A stretch of DNA of 63,650 nt, counting the filler, from Octopus bimaculoides (lineage: Eukaryota): the NCBI RefSeq assembly GCF_001194135.2. It is 4 parts of 4 records of this genome, joined end to end, with 100 filler letters (N's around TTAATTAATTAA, not from the genome) between each part and the next. Parts side by side here need not be neighbours in the genome. Positions count along the whole stretch, not along the records: positions 1 to 26,108 come from NC_068984.1; 3 more parts are not named here. The stretch is one strand, 5' to 3'. Below the pieces are notes generated by a model. It had not been told where the DNA came from, did not search any database, and worked only from the letters and a program-made list of their open reading frames with translations. Below are positions 1 through 12,151 of the stretch, in pieces; the first letter of the stretch is position 1; each line of letters begins with the position of its first letter. The translations under genes and the position numbers were made by a program.

Positions 1-4
1 TTTG

Positions 5-8
<4 letters not shown>

Positions 9-52
<44 letters not shown>
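9..52. repeat. (TA)n microsatellite
   Basis: Direct dinucleotide run. Confidence 0.95.
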
Positions 53-57
<5 letters not shown>

Positions 58-320
58 GTATGTATTATATGTGTGTGTTGTGTGCACATGTATATGTGAG
101 TGAGTGAATTTTTGAGATGAGTTATTGCAAAAGTAATTTAAAATTTCTGGACTATTAACTCTATCTTTCATGTAAAAGATCAGAACCAGAGGGGAAAAAA
201 AAAAAAATTGAAGTCAGAAATACCAGAACATATATAGTGTGAAAAGGGATACCACATATTTCTGTGGAATGAAATTTCCATTATAATGAACCAAAGTGAA
301 ACACAGGAAAACCAAAGAGG

Positions 321-338
321 TACACACACAAACACACA

Positions 339-369
<31 letters not shown>

Positions 370-374
370 CACAG
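321..374. repeat. (CA)n microsatellite
   Basis: Direct dinucleotide run. Confidence 0.95.
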
Positions 375-539
375 CACTATCAGATAACCTAATCACCAAT
401 CCTAGCACTGTAACTCAGCTACTGTAACTGAACTGATTTTAAATATTTCAGAATTTTGTAAATATTTTTCATAGTTGAAGAATGTTGGAACCCAGTGTTG
501 GTACTAAAGGTTCTGAATCCAAACCCAGCCTTAGGATTG

Positions 540-715
540 GTATCACCACCACTACCAGCACTACCACCATCGTCATTGTTATCATCATCATCATCATTGT
601 CACTGTCATCATCATTACCATCCCACCACCACCACCACCACATTGTCATTGTTATTTGCATTGTTATTGTTGTCGTCATTGTTGTCATCATCTTTGTTGT
701 TATCAGCTTCACCAT
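540..715. repeat. Compound trinucleotide microsatellite (CAC/CAT/TTG)
   Basis: Runs of cac, cat and tgt; explains the poly-H/D/I/W ORFs at 419-815. Confidence 0.85.
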
Positions 716-1155
716 CTTTTCTCTCTTCCACTGTTCTTAGCACAACCACTACTTTCTCTTCACATTCCCATAATGCAATAGAAAATGGAAAATTGGCAAA
801 GAGGAAAAGGAACATGTGACTTGGCTTTTTATAATGTTGATTAAAACTGACATTTATTACAATTTTTATATGTACTAAATTTCAAATAATTGTTAACTGC
901 TGTTTATCAAACTTTTCCATACAATTTTATATCTGACATATGGTTAACCAACTCTGCACTCACCCACATTGTCAATTATGATTTCTAATTCCTTGGTAAA
1001 TACAGTTTAAACATCATCAAGGAATCCTTCCCACTATTTTTTCCACCTCTAAATCCTGTTACTAAGTATTCTTGTCAATTAATTAATGACATCTGTCACA
1101 CGTGCCAAGACTCTGCTAGCATCTAAATGTTTCTTTTCCTAACCAGTATGCCCTA

Positions 1156-1755
1156 AAATTAATGTAAAACAGCTAGTCAACCAACCAACCAACCAATTAA
1201 GCAAGCAAGCAACTAACCAACCAGTAGACTGACTGACCAACTGACCAATCTATTAACTAACCAACCCAACCAATCAACCAACCAACCAATTAAGCAAGCA
1301 ACTTACCAACGGACTGACTGACTGGCCAACTGACCGACCAATTGACCAATCTATCAACCAGCCAACCAACCAATTAAGCAAGCAACCAACCAACCAACTA
1401 ACCAAACAACTAACTGACTAACAAGTCAACTGACCAACCAACTGACCAATCTATTAATCAACCGACCAACCAACCAATTAAGCAAACAAGCAAGCAACTA
1501 ACCAACCAACTGATTGACCAATTGACTAATCTATCAACCAACCAACCAATTAAGCAAGCAAGCAAGCAACTAATCAACCAACCAACTGACTGACCAAGTG
1601 ACCAATCTATCAACAAAACTACCAGCCAGCCAATCAACCAACCAACCAACTAACCAACCAATCAATTAAGCAAGAAAGCAACCAACCAACCAATCAATCA
1701 ACCAACTAAACATCCTACTGACTGACTGATGACCAACCAACCAACCAACCAACAC
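1156..1755. repeat. (AACC)n-derived minisatellite with ~70-115 bp higher-order unit
   Basis: Recurrent markers aattaagcaagc and accaatctat embedded in aacc/gact tetramers. Confidence 0.85.
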
Positions 1756-1939
1756 AGCAACTAAATCTTATAAGACTTACCTTGTTTTAAGAGTTTTATT
1801 TCTTCCAAATCAATCATTTAGTCAGATGGACTTCATTGAGACAAAATTACTATCAGTAGATGCCCTTCTTGTCACCAATCATAACCTGTTTCTAAGGAAG
1901 GTAATATTTTCAATAACTGGACATCTTTTATCTATTAAT

Positions 1940-2295
1940 CTTTTTCTTGTTTCAATCATTAGACTGTGGTCATGCTGGGGCCACTGCCTTGAAGAAATTT
2001 TAGTTGAATGAATTGACCCTAGTACTTATTTTCTTGACATCCGGTACTTATTTTATTGGTCTCTGAACCACTAAGTTATGGGGATATAAACACACCAACA
2101 CTGGTTGTCAAGCAATACCAGGGGGGTAAATACACACACACATACACACAATGGGCTTCTTTCAGTTTCCATTTACAAAACACACTCACAAGGCTTTAGG
2201 CACCTCCGAGTCTGTAGTAGAAGACAGTGGAACTGAACCAGGAACCATGTGGTTGGGAAACAAGCTTCTTGCCACATAACCATGTCTGTGCCTAA
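1940..2295 (-). mobile_element. tRNA-derived SINE, family A (bipartite, internal microsatellite), CpG-decayed
   Basis: Reverse complement of the head (gtggtaag...gggttcagtcccact...gggcaagtgtcttctactatag) and tail (cagcatggccgcagtc...gactgaaac) seen intact at 14822-15280. Confidence 0.85.
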
Positions 2296-2404
2296 AAATT
2301 ATAGCAGTGAATCAGCTGGGGCATATTTTTAAGACAGACTGAAAATGAAGGGCACTGCTTGTACAACAGCGACATTTGTGTACAATGATGATGTGATGTC
2401 AAAA

Positions 2405-2565
2405 CATGGAAATACACACATATAACAGGCTCCCTTCAGTTTCTTTCTGCCAAATCCTCCCACTAGGTTTAGGTCTACTTGGGGCTACAGTAGCTGCTAT
2501 GCCATAGGACTGAACCTGACACCACGTGGTTGGTAAACAAACTTCTTGACCATGCAGCTATGCCT
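2405..2565 (-). mobile_element. SINE family A head fragment
   Basis: cttcagtttc...ccacta...gggctacagtag...ggactgaacc...accacgtggttgg. Confidence 0.75.
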
Positions 2566-3289
2566 GGTTGAGATAGAGTTGAGATAGAGAATTAGATTTT
2601 TCAAGTTTGTTAATTGATTTTATTTACTTAACTTAGTTTGATTTCAAATCTTAGGTGGTTGTGTTGGTTGACTTAGCTGTTCATTCCATAGAGGATTGAT
2701 AAAATATCAGTTAATAGTCTGTAATTGATTCAGCCAATTATTTTGACATTATGCAGAGTCAAAAGAAATCATTATTATTTACTTAAGTAGCTAACCAGAG
2801 GTTTTTACAGTTTATTGGGGCAAACCTTGAAATTTGAATAAGTGAGGATATTTTAACAGTTTAACTCCATTCTGATCTATGTATACTGTAGTGTATACAC
2901 CATACTCTTGGGAGAAAATTAAAATTAAAAAAAGCTGCTGATTTCAACAAAAAGGAAATATAATATTTCATTTAAAAAAAAACGTTTTGCAAAGCTCTTT
3001 TTTATGCAATGAAATATCTTCCAGTGGGGACAAGAGAACCTTGCCTCTTGCAACAGTTTCAAGATTACATATGAACAATATTGTCTTCTACACGGGAGCA
3101 ATATTCAAACAAAACCCTCAAACACATCACAATTTCTAGGTCTACCATTTTATGATAATCCCTCACATAATATAATATTGCCAAATCGACATTCCAATGA
3201 CTAGTATATCTTTTCAGGGCCTGAAGGTTCTTTAATTCTGATCACTTGTTTTCTCTGTACAATAAGTGCAGGCATGGATTTGGTTGCAG

Positions 3290-3790
3290 GAGTGGTCATA
3301 AGTGTGGCTGTGTGTTTGAGAAGTTTGCTTCCCAACCACATGGTTTTGGGTTCAGTCCCACTGTTTAGAACTCTGGGCAAGCATCTTCTACTACAGCCTC
3401 AGGCTGACCAAAGCCTTGTGAATGGATTTAGCAGACAGAGACTGAAAGAAGCCTGTCATATACATGCATGTGCACATGCACACATGCAAGCATGCACATG
3501 TGTGCACACCCACACACATACACACATGTATGTATGCATGTACGTATGAATACTTGTGTGTGTGTGTGTGTGTGTGTGTCTGCCATTGTCACTCACTGTC
3601 ATACAAGCAGTGTCTTTCCAATCTTCTGTGAAAACATGTCTGGCAATGTAAATATTATCTTACTTTGAAACAGGTGAGGTTTGGCAACAGGAAGGGCATC
3701 TGGCTGTAGAAAATCTGCCTCAACAAATTCTGTCTGACCCATACAGGCATGGAAAAGTGGATGTTAAAATTATGATGATAATGATAAAGA
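3290..3790 (+). mobile_element. SINE family A head with RTE-like 3' tail
   Basis: Family A head, then (CA)/(TG) runs, then ggaagggcatc...cccatacaggcatggaaaagtggatgttaaaat ending in gat repeats, a typical RTE-type 3' end. Confidence 0.8.
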
Positions 3791-4029
3791 AAACATGTTA
3801 TTCTATTTAAGGTGTATAGTATTTATGTTGCTGTAGCATTGCAGTTCTGACATACTTGTTTTGTCATGTGACTCAGGTCAATGGTCATGTGAACTTGTGA
3901 TGGCTATACAGTTTATTATGGTGTCTGGAGGTGAAGGACCTCATATAAATACAGCATTACTTAGATCAATACTCTATTATAGAACTTCAATAAAAGTCTT
4001 GGACAAATACTTACTAGACATAAAGAAAC

Positions 4030-4515
4030 TGCTTCCACATCTGCATGCTGCTGTTGCTGCTACACACAGGCATGATTCTGTTGTAACACATCTGCAAAGT
4101 GTTGCTGCTGTACATCTGCATGGTTTTGCTACACATCAGCATAGTGCTGCTGTTACACACACATTTGTGGGTTGCTGCTGCTAGACACGTATCTACATGG
4201 TGCTGCTGCCGCTACGTATTTGTATAATGCGGCTACTACACATCTGCAAGGCGCTGCTACACACATTTGCTTGGTACTTCTCCAGCACATTTTCATGATA
4301 TTGCTGCCATACATGGTGTCACTACATGGATTTGCTACATGATGCCACTACATGGCACTGTTGCAACACATTTACATGGTACTGCTGCACACATCTGCAT
4401 GCTCCTACCACATACACATCAGCATGATGCTGCTATTACACACACATCCACATGGTGCTGCTGCACACTTCTGTATGGTGCTTCTGTACACATCTGCATA
4501 CTGTTGCAACACATT
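4030..4515. repeat. Degenerate ~20-27 bp minisatellite (acatctgcatggtgctgctgctac-like)
   Basis: Many imperfect copies; produces the HLHG/AAAT ORFs 3861-4184 and 4267-4551. Confidence 0.75.
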
Positions 4516-4759
4516 TTAGAGAAAGAGATAAATTGGCAAAGTTTGTTTTAGAGCTGAGTGAAATACCTTATAGCAGTTATTTAGACACCCTGGTATTCTG
4601 AGTTCAACTCTTGCCCTTGTCAACTTTGTCTTCATCCTACAAATGTTGATAAATAAGTACCTATCTAGAGAGGCATACAGATAAAAACATTAGAGCATTA
4701 GACAGAGCACCTTCTGGTATTCTGGCTCTTTACATTTTGAATTTAACTCCTGCCTTGGT

Positions 4760-4922
4760 CTATTTGGGTGGTGCACTTAACCAATCACTCAATTTAAAAC
4801 CTCCATCTGGTCCTTGGGTGTCATTAACACAGTTCATTCTATTTCTGGTATGAGAGGAACTGCCATCATCTCTCCCACCAATCTTGGAGGTTCTATAAAC
4901 AGTCATAATTCTTTTCTTTTGA
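4760..4922 (-). CDS. Putative terminal coding exon of an unidentified gene (QKKRIMTVYRTSKIGGRDDGSSSHTRNRMNCVNDTQGPDGGFKLSDWLSAPPK*)
   Basis: Strong acceptor ttttttcttttatcttttag; 1 nt + 53 codons + TAG; phase matches the exon at 8316-8460; non-repetitive, protein-like composition. Confidence 0.5.
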
Positions 4923-7900
4923 CTAAAAGATAAAAGAAAAAACACTGCATATATAAAAATAAAAAGCCATTGAGCAGATTGGTAAAGCATGTTATAATCT
5001 CTAGCACTGAGATATGCTGTTTTCTCTCTGTTTCTTTGGCTGTTACCATCATGCTGCAATATTCTCTGTTTTTCACTTCTTCTGTACCACTTCCACTCAG
5101 TTCCATTGGATGCACCTCCCTCTCCTCCTCACATCATTCTGGACCTAGCTCTAAAAGACTTAGTTTAATCCTTTTTACTTAGAACTGTAGATCCCTGATC
5201 TCCTTTCTTAACTACATTTCCCTTCACACAATAGGCATTAACTGTATTGATCTCACCAGTCTACAAGAGACTGAAACTATTATCATCTCATTGAGCCCAT
5301 AATGGATGGTAAGAGACTATGCAGAAACAATTTTAGAGGATAGTTGTAAGCTAACAGTACATGAACAATACAATAGTTTAGTACGGTGTGGTCATGGTTG
5401 TGTGGCTAAGTTCACTTTGCAACCATGTGATCTTGAGTTCAATCCCACTGTAAGGTACCTTCTGTAAATGTGAATCATCATGTGTGAATCATAATGTGGC
5501 TGTATCCATGGAATTTTGGACTGTTGGCTGTAATCATCATCATTTTCATCATCATCGAGGTAGATTTTTTTTATGGTTAGATGCCCTTCCTATCACCAAC
5601 CTTCTATCAAAATTAACAAACAAATTTATTTCAAACTTATCACAGTTGTGACACTTTGTTGATTAAAATCTATAGGTTTATTTCATCTTTTGCCAATTTA
5701 TTACAATGTATCCATTTATTACAATGCAACACGCAAACTCTTCTCTCATTTGCAACATCTCTATGTGTTACATATAACTTACTACATCTTATCTGTTACT
5801 TCTTACCAGTTACACTTAGTAACCCCTACTTGTTACATTTTATTTGTTACTCACTATAGAGTTAAGAAATCTTTAAGGGTGTCCTTGCAACTCACTATTA
5901 ACATCACCATGGAAACCAAACTGTTTATTTTGGTTGCAGCTGTCGTTAGTTTATACTTGAGCCAAATGAGAGCATGAAAATGGTTGACTGAATAAAGTAT
6001 CAGATTAACCCTAGCTGCAGCTGCTCCATTTTAATGATGAATCATACTGTTCTTAAATTTAGGATTTAAAATGTAGTGACTCTAGATTAAGAATGGTTGG
6101 GAATTTGTTGAAGAGAAATTGGCTGTTATGTAGAAGCTCTTATACTGAGGTTTTGGCACATGGAAACAAAGAAGTAGAGACAGAAAAACATTTCTATAAA
6201 ATATTTCTAAGTGTATGTAAACCATTATATCAAAACTGGCAGACAAAAATAAGAAAAAAATGAATAATTGAATTAAAGTTGTTTACTGATTGCTTTTAAG
6301 TTTTTACAAATAGTTAAAAGATAGGACACCAGCTATAAATGTTATATTCTATCATTTCTTAGACTGTTTTCTAACAATACCTTCAATGAATGTTTTATCT
6401 TTCAGTCTCTTTCTCTGTCTGCCCCTCTTTCTCCTTGTTTCTCTGTTTCTCTTACACTCACATGTTTATATATGTTCACACTTCCCTTAAAAGCATATTT
6501 CCAGATTTTTCCTTTATTTTTAGATTCACTTAAATTCTGATGCATATGATCATAATTTTGTAAATATTTAATAATATTTTATTTTTTATCTATCATAAAA
6601 GATTTCCAGTGAAATTATCCAAAATAGACAATAGTCATTCAATATATCTTTACTTCTGTCTGGTCAATTATAAATGTTTATTTTATCATTCATTACTCAC
6701 ATCAAGATTAGTTTTGTTGTCTTCCAAAAACCTTCTCTTTGTTGTTGTAATTGTTGTTACTGTTGTTGCTTTCTCTGAAATTAGGTGACATTTTCTATTC
6801 TACAAATGTATTATATTTCAACTGTTGGTGGCTACTAATCTAACTTAGTGACTTAATTGCTTTCATTTTTAGATTTTTATACCATTTTATTCAGTATTTC
6901 TTAAATTCTACTTCCATTTTTAAAAACTTGAAAAATTTTGTTTTAACAGACTTATATTTTAAATATTTTGCACTTCAAAAAGTAAACTGAGAAACCCCCA
7001 AACACAAATTAGTTTCATCTACTTGTGTAATATGGAAGCAAATATCTAATAAATGTCTTATTGTAAATTACAGAAATATCCCATTTCAAGGCAAAAATAC
7101 AAAAGAAGCAAAAAATGAAAAATAAAAACCTGAAAAACTGCAAGCATAGAGTAAAAAATAATTAATGTACATTTAAAATGCAGGATTAAATAATTAATGG
7201 AACTTGTAGTTTTAGTTACAGATATCCTATCTATGAATTGCTAAGTAGTGGACAGGCATGTTTTCATATTACTGAAAAATTTTATTTACTTATGTGATAA
7301 ATACAGTAAACTACTTGAGCTTAAGTGATTACAGATATCTTCTAAAGGCTTTTGTGATAAAACATATAGCTATGACTGATTAGATTTATTGACAGTTTCC
7401 AGAAATTCAAGCATTGGCTGCTAATTGAATTGAGGAAATGTGCAATAAGGAAGAATAGTGAAACATTGAAATAACAGATGTAAATTTGAACTTATGATTA
7501 TTGCTAGGTAATCCAGTAATATATCCTTAAGGTCATTTTATCTCAAATTATTTCTGATTAAAACCCCACCACCAAAAAGAAAAAACCCAAAATACACCAC
7601 CAATAATATATTGATGAATAAGAAGACAAAAACAAGAGACAAAGGTTACAAAATCTACATCAATTCCATAGCATCGCCTCTGCTTACAGCAAAATATTAA
7701 TACTAACTTAAACTCTATGATATTAGAGTTAGGTGAATTTGGTCATTAACTCTTTTGTTACTGTATTTCTGTTGACATATGTTGCTTTTGTCTCAGCTAA
7801 TTTTTAAAATAATGAAGAATTCAGTAAATTAACTTTGCTATTATTAAGCTGGTGTTTGGAATATAAATTAACATAAAATTTTGATGAAAGATTTTAATTA

Positions 7901-8315
7901 AGATTATTTTAAACAGCGAAGCCTGAGACAGATGTGTATCAAATAGATTAAAACAGCAAATTTATATTATAGAACCAAGGGATGTCTGAACAGATTGGTG
8001 TCGAAAGGATTAGAAAGTGTAAATATCAAATTTTACAAGGTAATAGTATCAGAGCCTGTGAGTGTCAACATGTAATTTTTTTCATTTGGATTAAAACAAT
8101 ATAACATTGGCACAGGTTCGGTAATATTACATGTCAAAAGTGAAAGAATAACATCTATATTGTAATGTGATATAATAGTTTCACTTTTATTCTTTCACTT
8201 CTAATTCTAATGTGATAAGGGTATAATATTGTTTCATACTTTCACTTTTAATTCTAATGTGATAACACTCAGATCATCTTATTTCTATTATACTTGAAAT
8301 AAATCAATAATTTAC

Positions 8316-8460
8316 ATCCCAATGCGAACAACATTATGCAATGGCAACTTTCCGTCTTTATGGCCACCACAGCAGAATGGTGTGTCAGTGTATGTGTTGA
8401 CTGACAAACAAACGAATGGTTGGAGGTGAAACTCTTGACAAAAACAATGAGGTGGCAGAT
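8316..8460 (-). CDS. Putative internal coding exon (xLPPHCFCQEFHLQPFVCLSVNTYTDTPFCCGGHKDGKLPLHNVVRIG)
   Basis: Acceptor tgtatttttatatacctcag, donor GGGAT|gtaaat; 145 nt, open, phase 1 to phase 2; GC-elevated island in an AT-rich context. Confidence 0.55.
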
Positions 8461-8676
8461 CTGAGGTATATAAAAATACACATTTACCATTCAATTACCA
8501 GTTAATAATTATTGCAGCAGTTGCTTCTATTTGGTTAATTTGCTTATATTTGGGTAATCCATACTGCAAACAAAAATAACGACATACTACATACAACTTA
8601 CAAAAATAGAGATTAATGTATAATTTTTTCTATGTTCATAATTTTTTACAATATTGTAAAAATATGCCACCAAAGA

Positions 8677-9060
8677 CGTATGACCCTCTCCGTGACTTTC
8701 ATTACCTGATCCAACAACTTGATACCTCTGTAATTATTTGTATCTAAAGTGTCACCTTTACCTTTGTAGCAGTTGACTATGGTGCTGCTACACCAGTCAT
8801 TGAGTATGACTCTGTCAATTATCACCTGGTTAACTATACGGGTGACTAGGCTATAGCCAACACTGCCAGATATTTTGAGCATCTCTGCGGTGATTCCTGA
8901 TGGGCCAGGGGCTTTCCTTGTCTTCATACTCTTAATTGCTTTATCTTCCAAGGTACTGTCAATTCAGATAGCTGGTCCCTCTGTTGGGTTGACATTCGGC
9001 AGACTCTCTTTCTCCCATTCATTTTCTTTATTGAGCAAACTTTCATAGTGGCATCTCCAA
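8677..9060 (-). mobile_element. RTE-clade LINE ORF2 fragment (region at start of RT domain)
   Basis: WRCHYESLLNKENEW...KAIKSMKTRKAPGPSGITAEMLK...DWCSSTIVNCYKGKGD..D.NNYRGIKLL..MKV.ERVI; one in-frame stop. Confidence 0.92.
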
Positions 9061-9063
9061 ATA

Positions 9064-10110
9064 TTGGGTCATCCCATAAGTAATGTGGATTTTCAATTGC
9101 ATGAACTAAAAGTCAGAGGGGGACGGGATAAACTACCTGCATCAACTTGCTATAAAAGCAGTTAGTAATTTTACCTTGTACTTATTCTCAGTGCAAATTT
9201 TGAAGAGTGCAGTTTGATTTTAAGAGTTATTTTTTCAAAGCTATAATGGAAGTGGCAAAGGAGCATATTCGGCATATTTTGCTTTATGAGTTCAATAAAG
9301 GTAACAACGCAACAGAAAGTGTGAGAAATGTTAATGCAGTATATGGGGATCGGACAATAATCATAAGCCAGTGTCAACGGTGGTTCCAGAAATTCCAAAC
9401 TGAAAACTACAGCCTAAATGACAAGCTTTGTCCTGAAAGATCTGTAGAGCTCGACGAGGATGTCCTGCAAACCCTGGTGGAACAAAATCCCATTGCAACT
9501 GTTGAGGAACTAGCAGAGAAGCTTGGATTTGGTTAGTTAACCATTCATTGACACCTGTGTGCCATTGGAAAAGTCAGCAAATTGGGTCAATGAGTTCCTT
9601 ACAAACTTTCCAAGTCTAATCATGTGCAGAGAGTGAATGTGTGCCCTTCTTTGCTGTCACATCTCACGAATGAACCTTTTTTAGACCGAATAGTGTCTGG
9701 TGGTGAGAAATGGGTTCTCTATAAAAATAGCAAGTGCTAAAGGCAGTAGGTAGGGAAAGGAGAAACACTGGCACCCCAGGCTAAAGAAGGTCTTCACCAA
9801 CATAGGATGTTGTTATCTGTTTGGTGGGATATGAAAGGTTTAGTCCACTTTGAACTTTTAAACCCAAACCAAATGATAACAAGGGAGATCTACTGTGAGC
9901 AGCTTGAGTGGCGGCTTAAGTCAGTGCTAGAAGAAAAACAACCATCTTTGATTTCAAGACGAAACGTGTTCTTCCATCAGGATAATGATCGGCTATATAA
10001 AGTGAGGATGACATCCCAAAGACTGGAGCAGTTTGAATGGGAAATGATGCTCCACCCACTATATTTGATGGACATTGCCCCATCTGTTGACTATTTCCAG
10101 TTTAGTTTTT
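9064..10110 (+). mobile_element. Mariner transposon remnant (pseudogenised transposase, 5' TIR, 3' end lost)
   Basis: TA + TIR ttgggtcatcccataagtaat; MEVAKEHIRHILLYEF..G N-terminus; MLLSVWWD motif; HQDN; degenerate YSPDIAPSDY; stops and frameshifts. Confidence 0.95.
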
Positions 10111-10240
10111 CAATTTAGAATTCTTGTAAAAAGGTAATATTTTGAATTTTCCATTCATAATTTTTAATTTAAGAAAATCTTTCTTCAGACACACACACAC
10201 CATTACTATATATAATGTCAGTACATTTAAATCTCTAATT

Positions 10241-10619
10241 GTTTGTTGTTGGCACTCTGTAGCTTACGATGTCAAGGGTTCCAGTTGATCCGATCAACGG
10301 AACAGTCTGCTCGTGAAATTAACGTGCAAGTGGCTGAGCACTCCACAGACACATGTACCCTTAATGTAGTTCTCGGGGATATTCAGCGTGATACAGTTGA
10401 CCCTTTGAATTACAGGCACAACAGAAACAGGAAGTAAAAGTGAGAGAAAGTTGTGGTGAAAGAGTACAGCAGGGTTTGCCACCATCCCCTGCCGGAACCT
10501 CGTGGAGCTTTAGGTGTTTTTGCTCAATAAACACTCACAACGCCCAGTCTGGGAATTGAAACCGCGATCCTATGACCGCAAGTCCACTGCCCTAACCACT
10601 GGGCCATTGCGCCTCCACA
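10241..10619 (-). mobile_element. Full-length tRNA-derived SINE, family B, with 13-bp TSD
   Basis: Head gtggaggcgcaatggcccagtggttaggg with A/B boxes; TSD taaatctctaatt at 10228-10240 and 10620-10632; near-identical to 50800-51191. Confidence 0.95.
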
Positions 10620-10779
10620 TAAATCTCTAATTAGAAGTATATTAATGAACTTCCAGACTCTGGCAGCTGACAATCCAGATTTACTGGCCTCAGTCTAGTT
10701 CTCCCCCACACCAGAACAGAGTGTACTGACAATATAGACTACAGCCCATCCTTGTTAGTCAGACAACCTCAGATGTAAG

Positions 10780-10930
10780 CTAACGCCATAAAATTTGGTT
10801 ACTCCCATGTAATGACTCCAGCCACTAATGTGTTCATACTCCACTGAATGGTGACTGAGCATCCTATCCAACCATCTGTGGTACCCACTGTCAACATTCT
10901 GTCCAAACATGTGGGCCTAAAAATAAAGAC
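10780..10930 (+). mobile_element. Possible degenerate LINE (RTE-like) ORF2 C-terminal fragment
   Basis: KFGYSHVM...PTVNILSKHVGL loosely resembles the RTE C-terminal (K/R)xAGH...TYxDxLxxDTGL pattern. Confidence 0.3.
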
Positions 10931-11293
10931 AACAGTTGGTGTTGATTTGGTTGAATGAATACCATGTGATCTGACCAATAGAAGCCTAAGAACCTACAAG
11001 CCATCATGTACTTCTCTCAAACTTTCCATGCTGCTTCGTAACATCTGATGAGATGGATATATCCTAGATGCTCATGAATCTTTAAGTCATGTGGATTGGA
11101 AACAGTTATTAAATATATATATATTCTTTTATTTGTTTCTGTCATTTGACTGTGGCAATGTTGGAACACCATCTTGAAGGGTTTTAGTTGAACAAATCAA
11201 CCTCAGAACTTATTTTTTAAGCCTAATACTTATTCTATCAGTCTCTTTTGCTAAACTGCTAATTTATGGGGATGTAAACACACCAACACCGGT

Positions 11294-11660
11294 ATACGCC
11301 AGCTTAATTTAATTTGTCCTTAGTCGAAAGACACCTGTTGTTATGTCCTGTTATTATTTTTATTGTATTTGTGTAACATTGTTCGTTTTTTTCCGTCCTT
11401 GTTTTTGTATACATTCGCTGCTTTCTTCCAAGGAATCTAATGCTCTTAGCTTAGTTTTTCCTTAGGGCTGGCCAGCTCGGAGCAATATCGAGTATAACCA
11501 GCCGAAATTGCAAAGATAATCTGGATCTCAATTGATGAAAGAAAACTCCAAATGACCTGTCCTTGTTTTCTTTGTATCGTCTATCTGGATGTTTTGTTGT
11601 CCCTTTCTTGTATCACCTAACTGTCTGGATGTTTTGTGTTCTTGTCCCATTTTGTATTAT
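11294..11660. repeat. Unclassified dispersed repeat, copy 1
   Basis: About 300 bp match the reverse complement of 44625-44927; abuts a truncated family A SINE tail (11125-11290). Confidence 0.85.
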
Positions 11661-11662
11661 TT

Positions 11663-11698
<36 letters not shown>

Positions 11699-12108
11699 TT
11701 ATTTGTTGATTTTGCAGACTTCTATGACTTTCTGTTACCATCCAGTTCTATTATTAGGAATTTGAATTGGGAGCTTGAGTCATTGTGAATCTTTCATTAG
11801 CTGATTACAAAACTATGGATACCACCCCTATGGATGCGCTGCAGTTACTCTCATGATAGAGCTCAGTGATCCTGACCGTTGATCCTGACTGCAGGATTCC
11901 TTTACTCAGCATCAATGTCAGAAGCACTGTTGGCTCAGTTGAGCTCTTCTGCTACTTCTTCACAATCAACCATGCTGCAGTCTCATGACTTTGCCATGTT
12001 CTGACAGGGTGGGTGAAGAGGTGCTATACCTTATTAAAGGGCAGCCCATAACTATTATGCAGGGTAATGGTTGTCATTCAGTGAGGTATTTTCAAAATAC
12101 CTGCATAC

Positions 12109-12151
<43 letters not shown>

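Noticed and set aside
180-815. Poly-His/Asp/Val/Cys and YVCM/HTHT-type ORFs here and throughout the window
   Set aside because: Translations of di-, tri- and tetranucleotide microsatellites.
1156-1755. Regularly spaced repeats as a CRISPR-like array
   Set aside because: The spacers are themselves AACC/GACT repeats, the context is eukaryotic, and there are no cas genes.
1775-1820. Consensus minus-strand donor AAG|gtaagt after MIDLEEIKLLKQ
   Set aside because: All frames upstream are closed, the 5' side overlaps a repeat, and it lies downstream of the putative stop at 4760.
11043-11075. Other CTGATGA motifs (11044, 12549, 59325) as hammerheads
   Set aside because: No GAAA core or stem III after the potential stem II.
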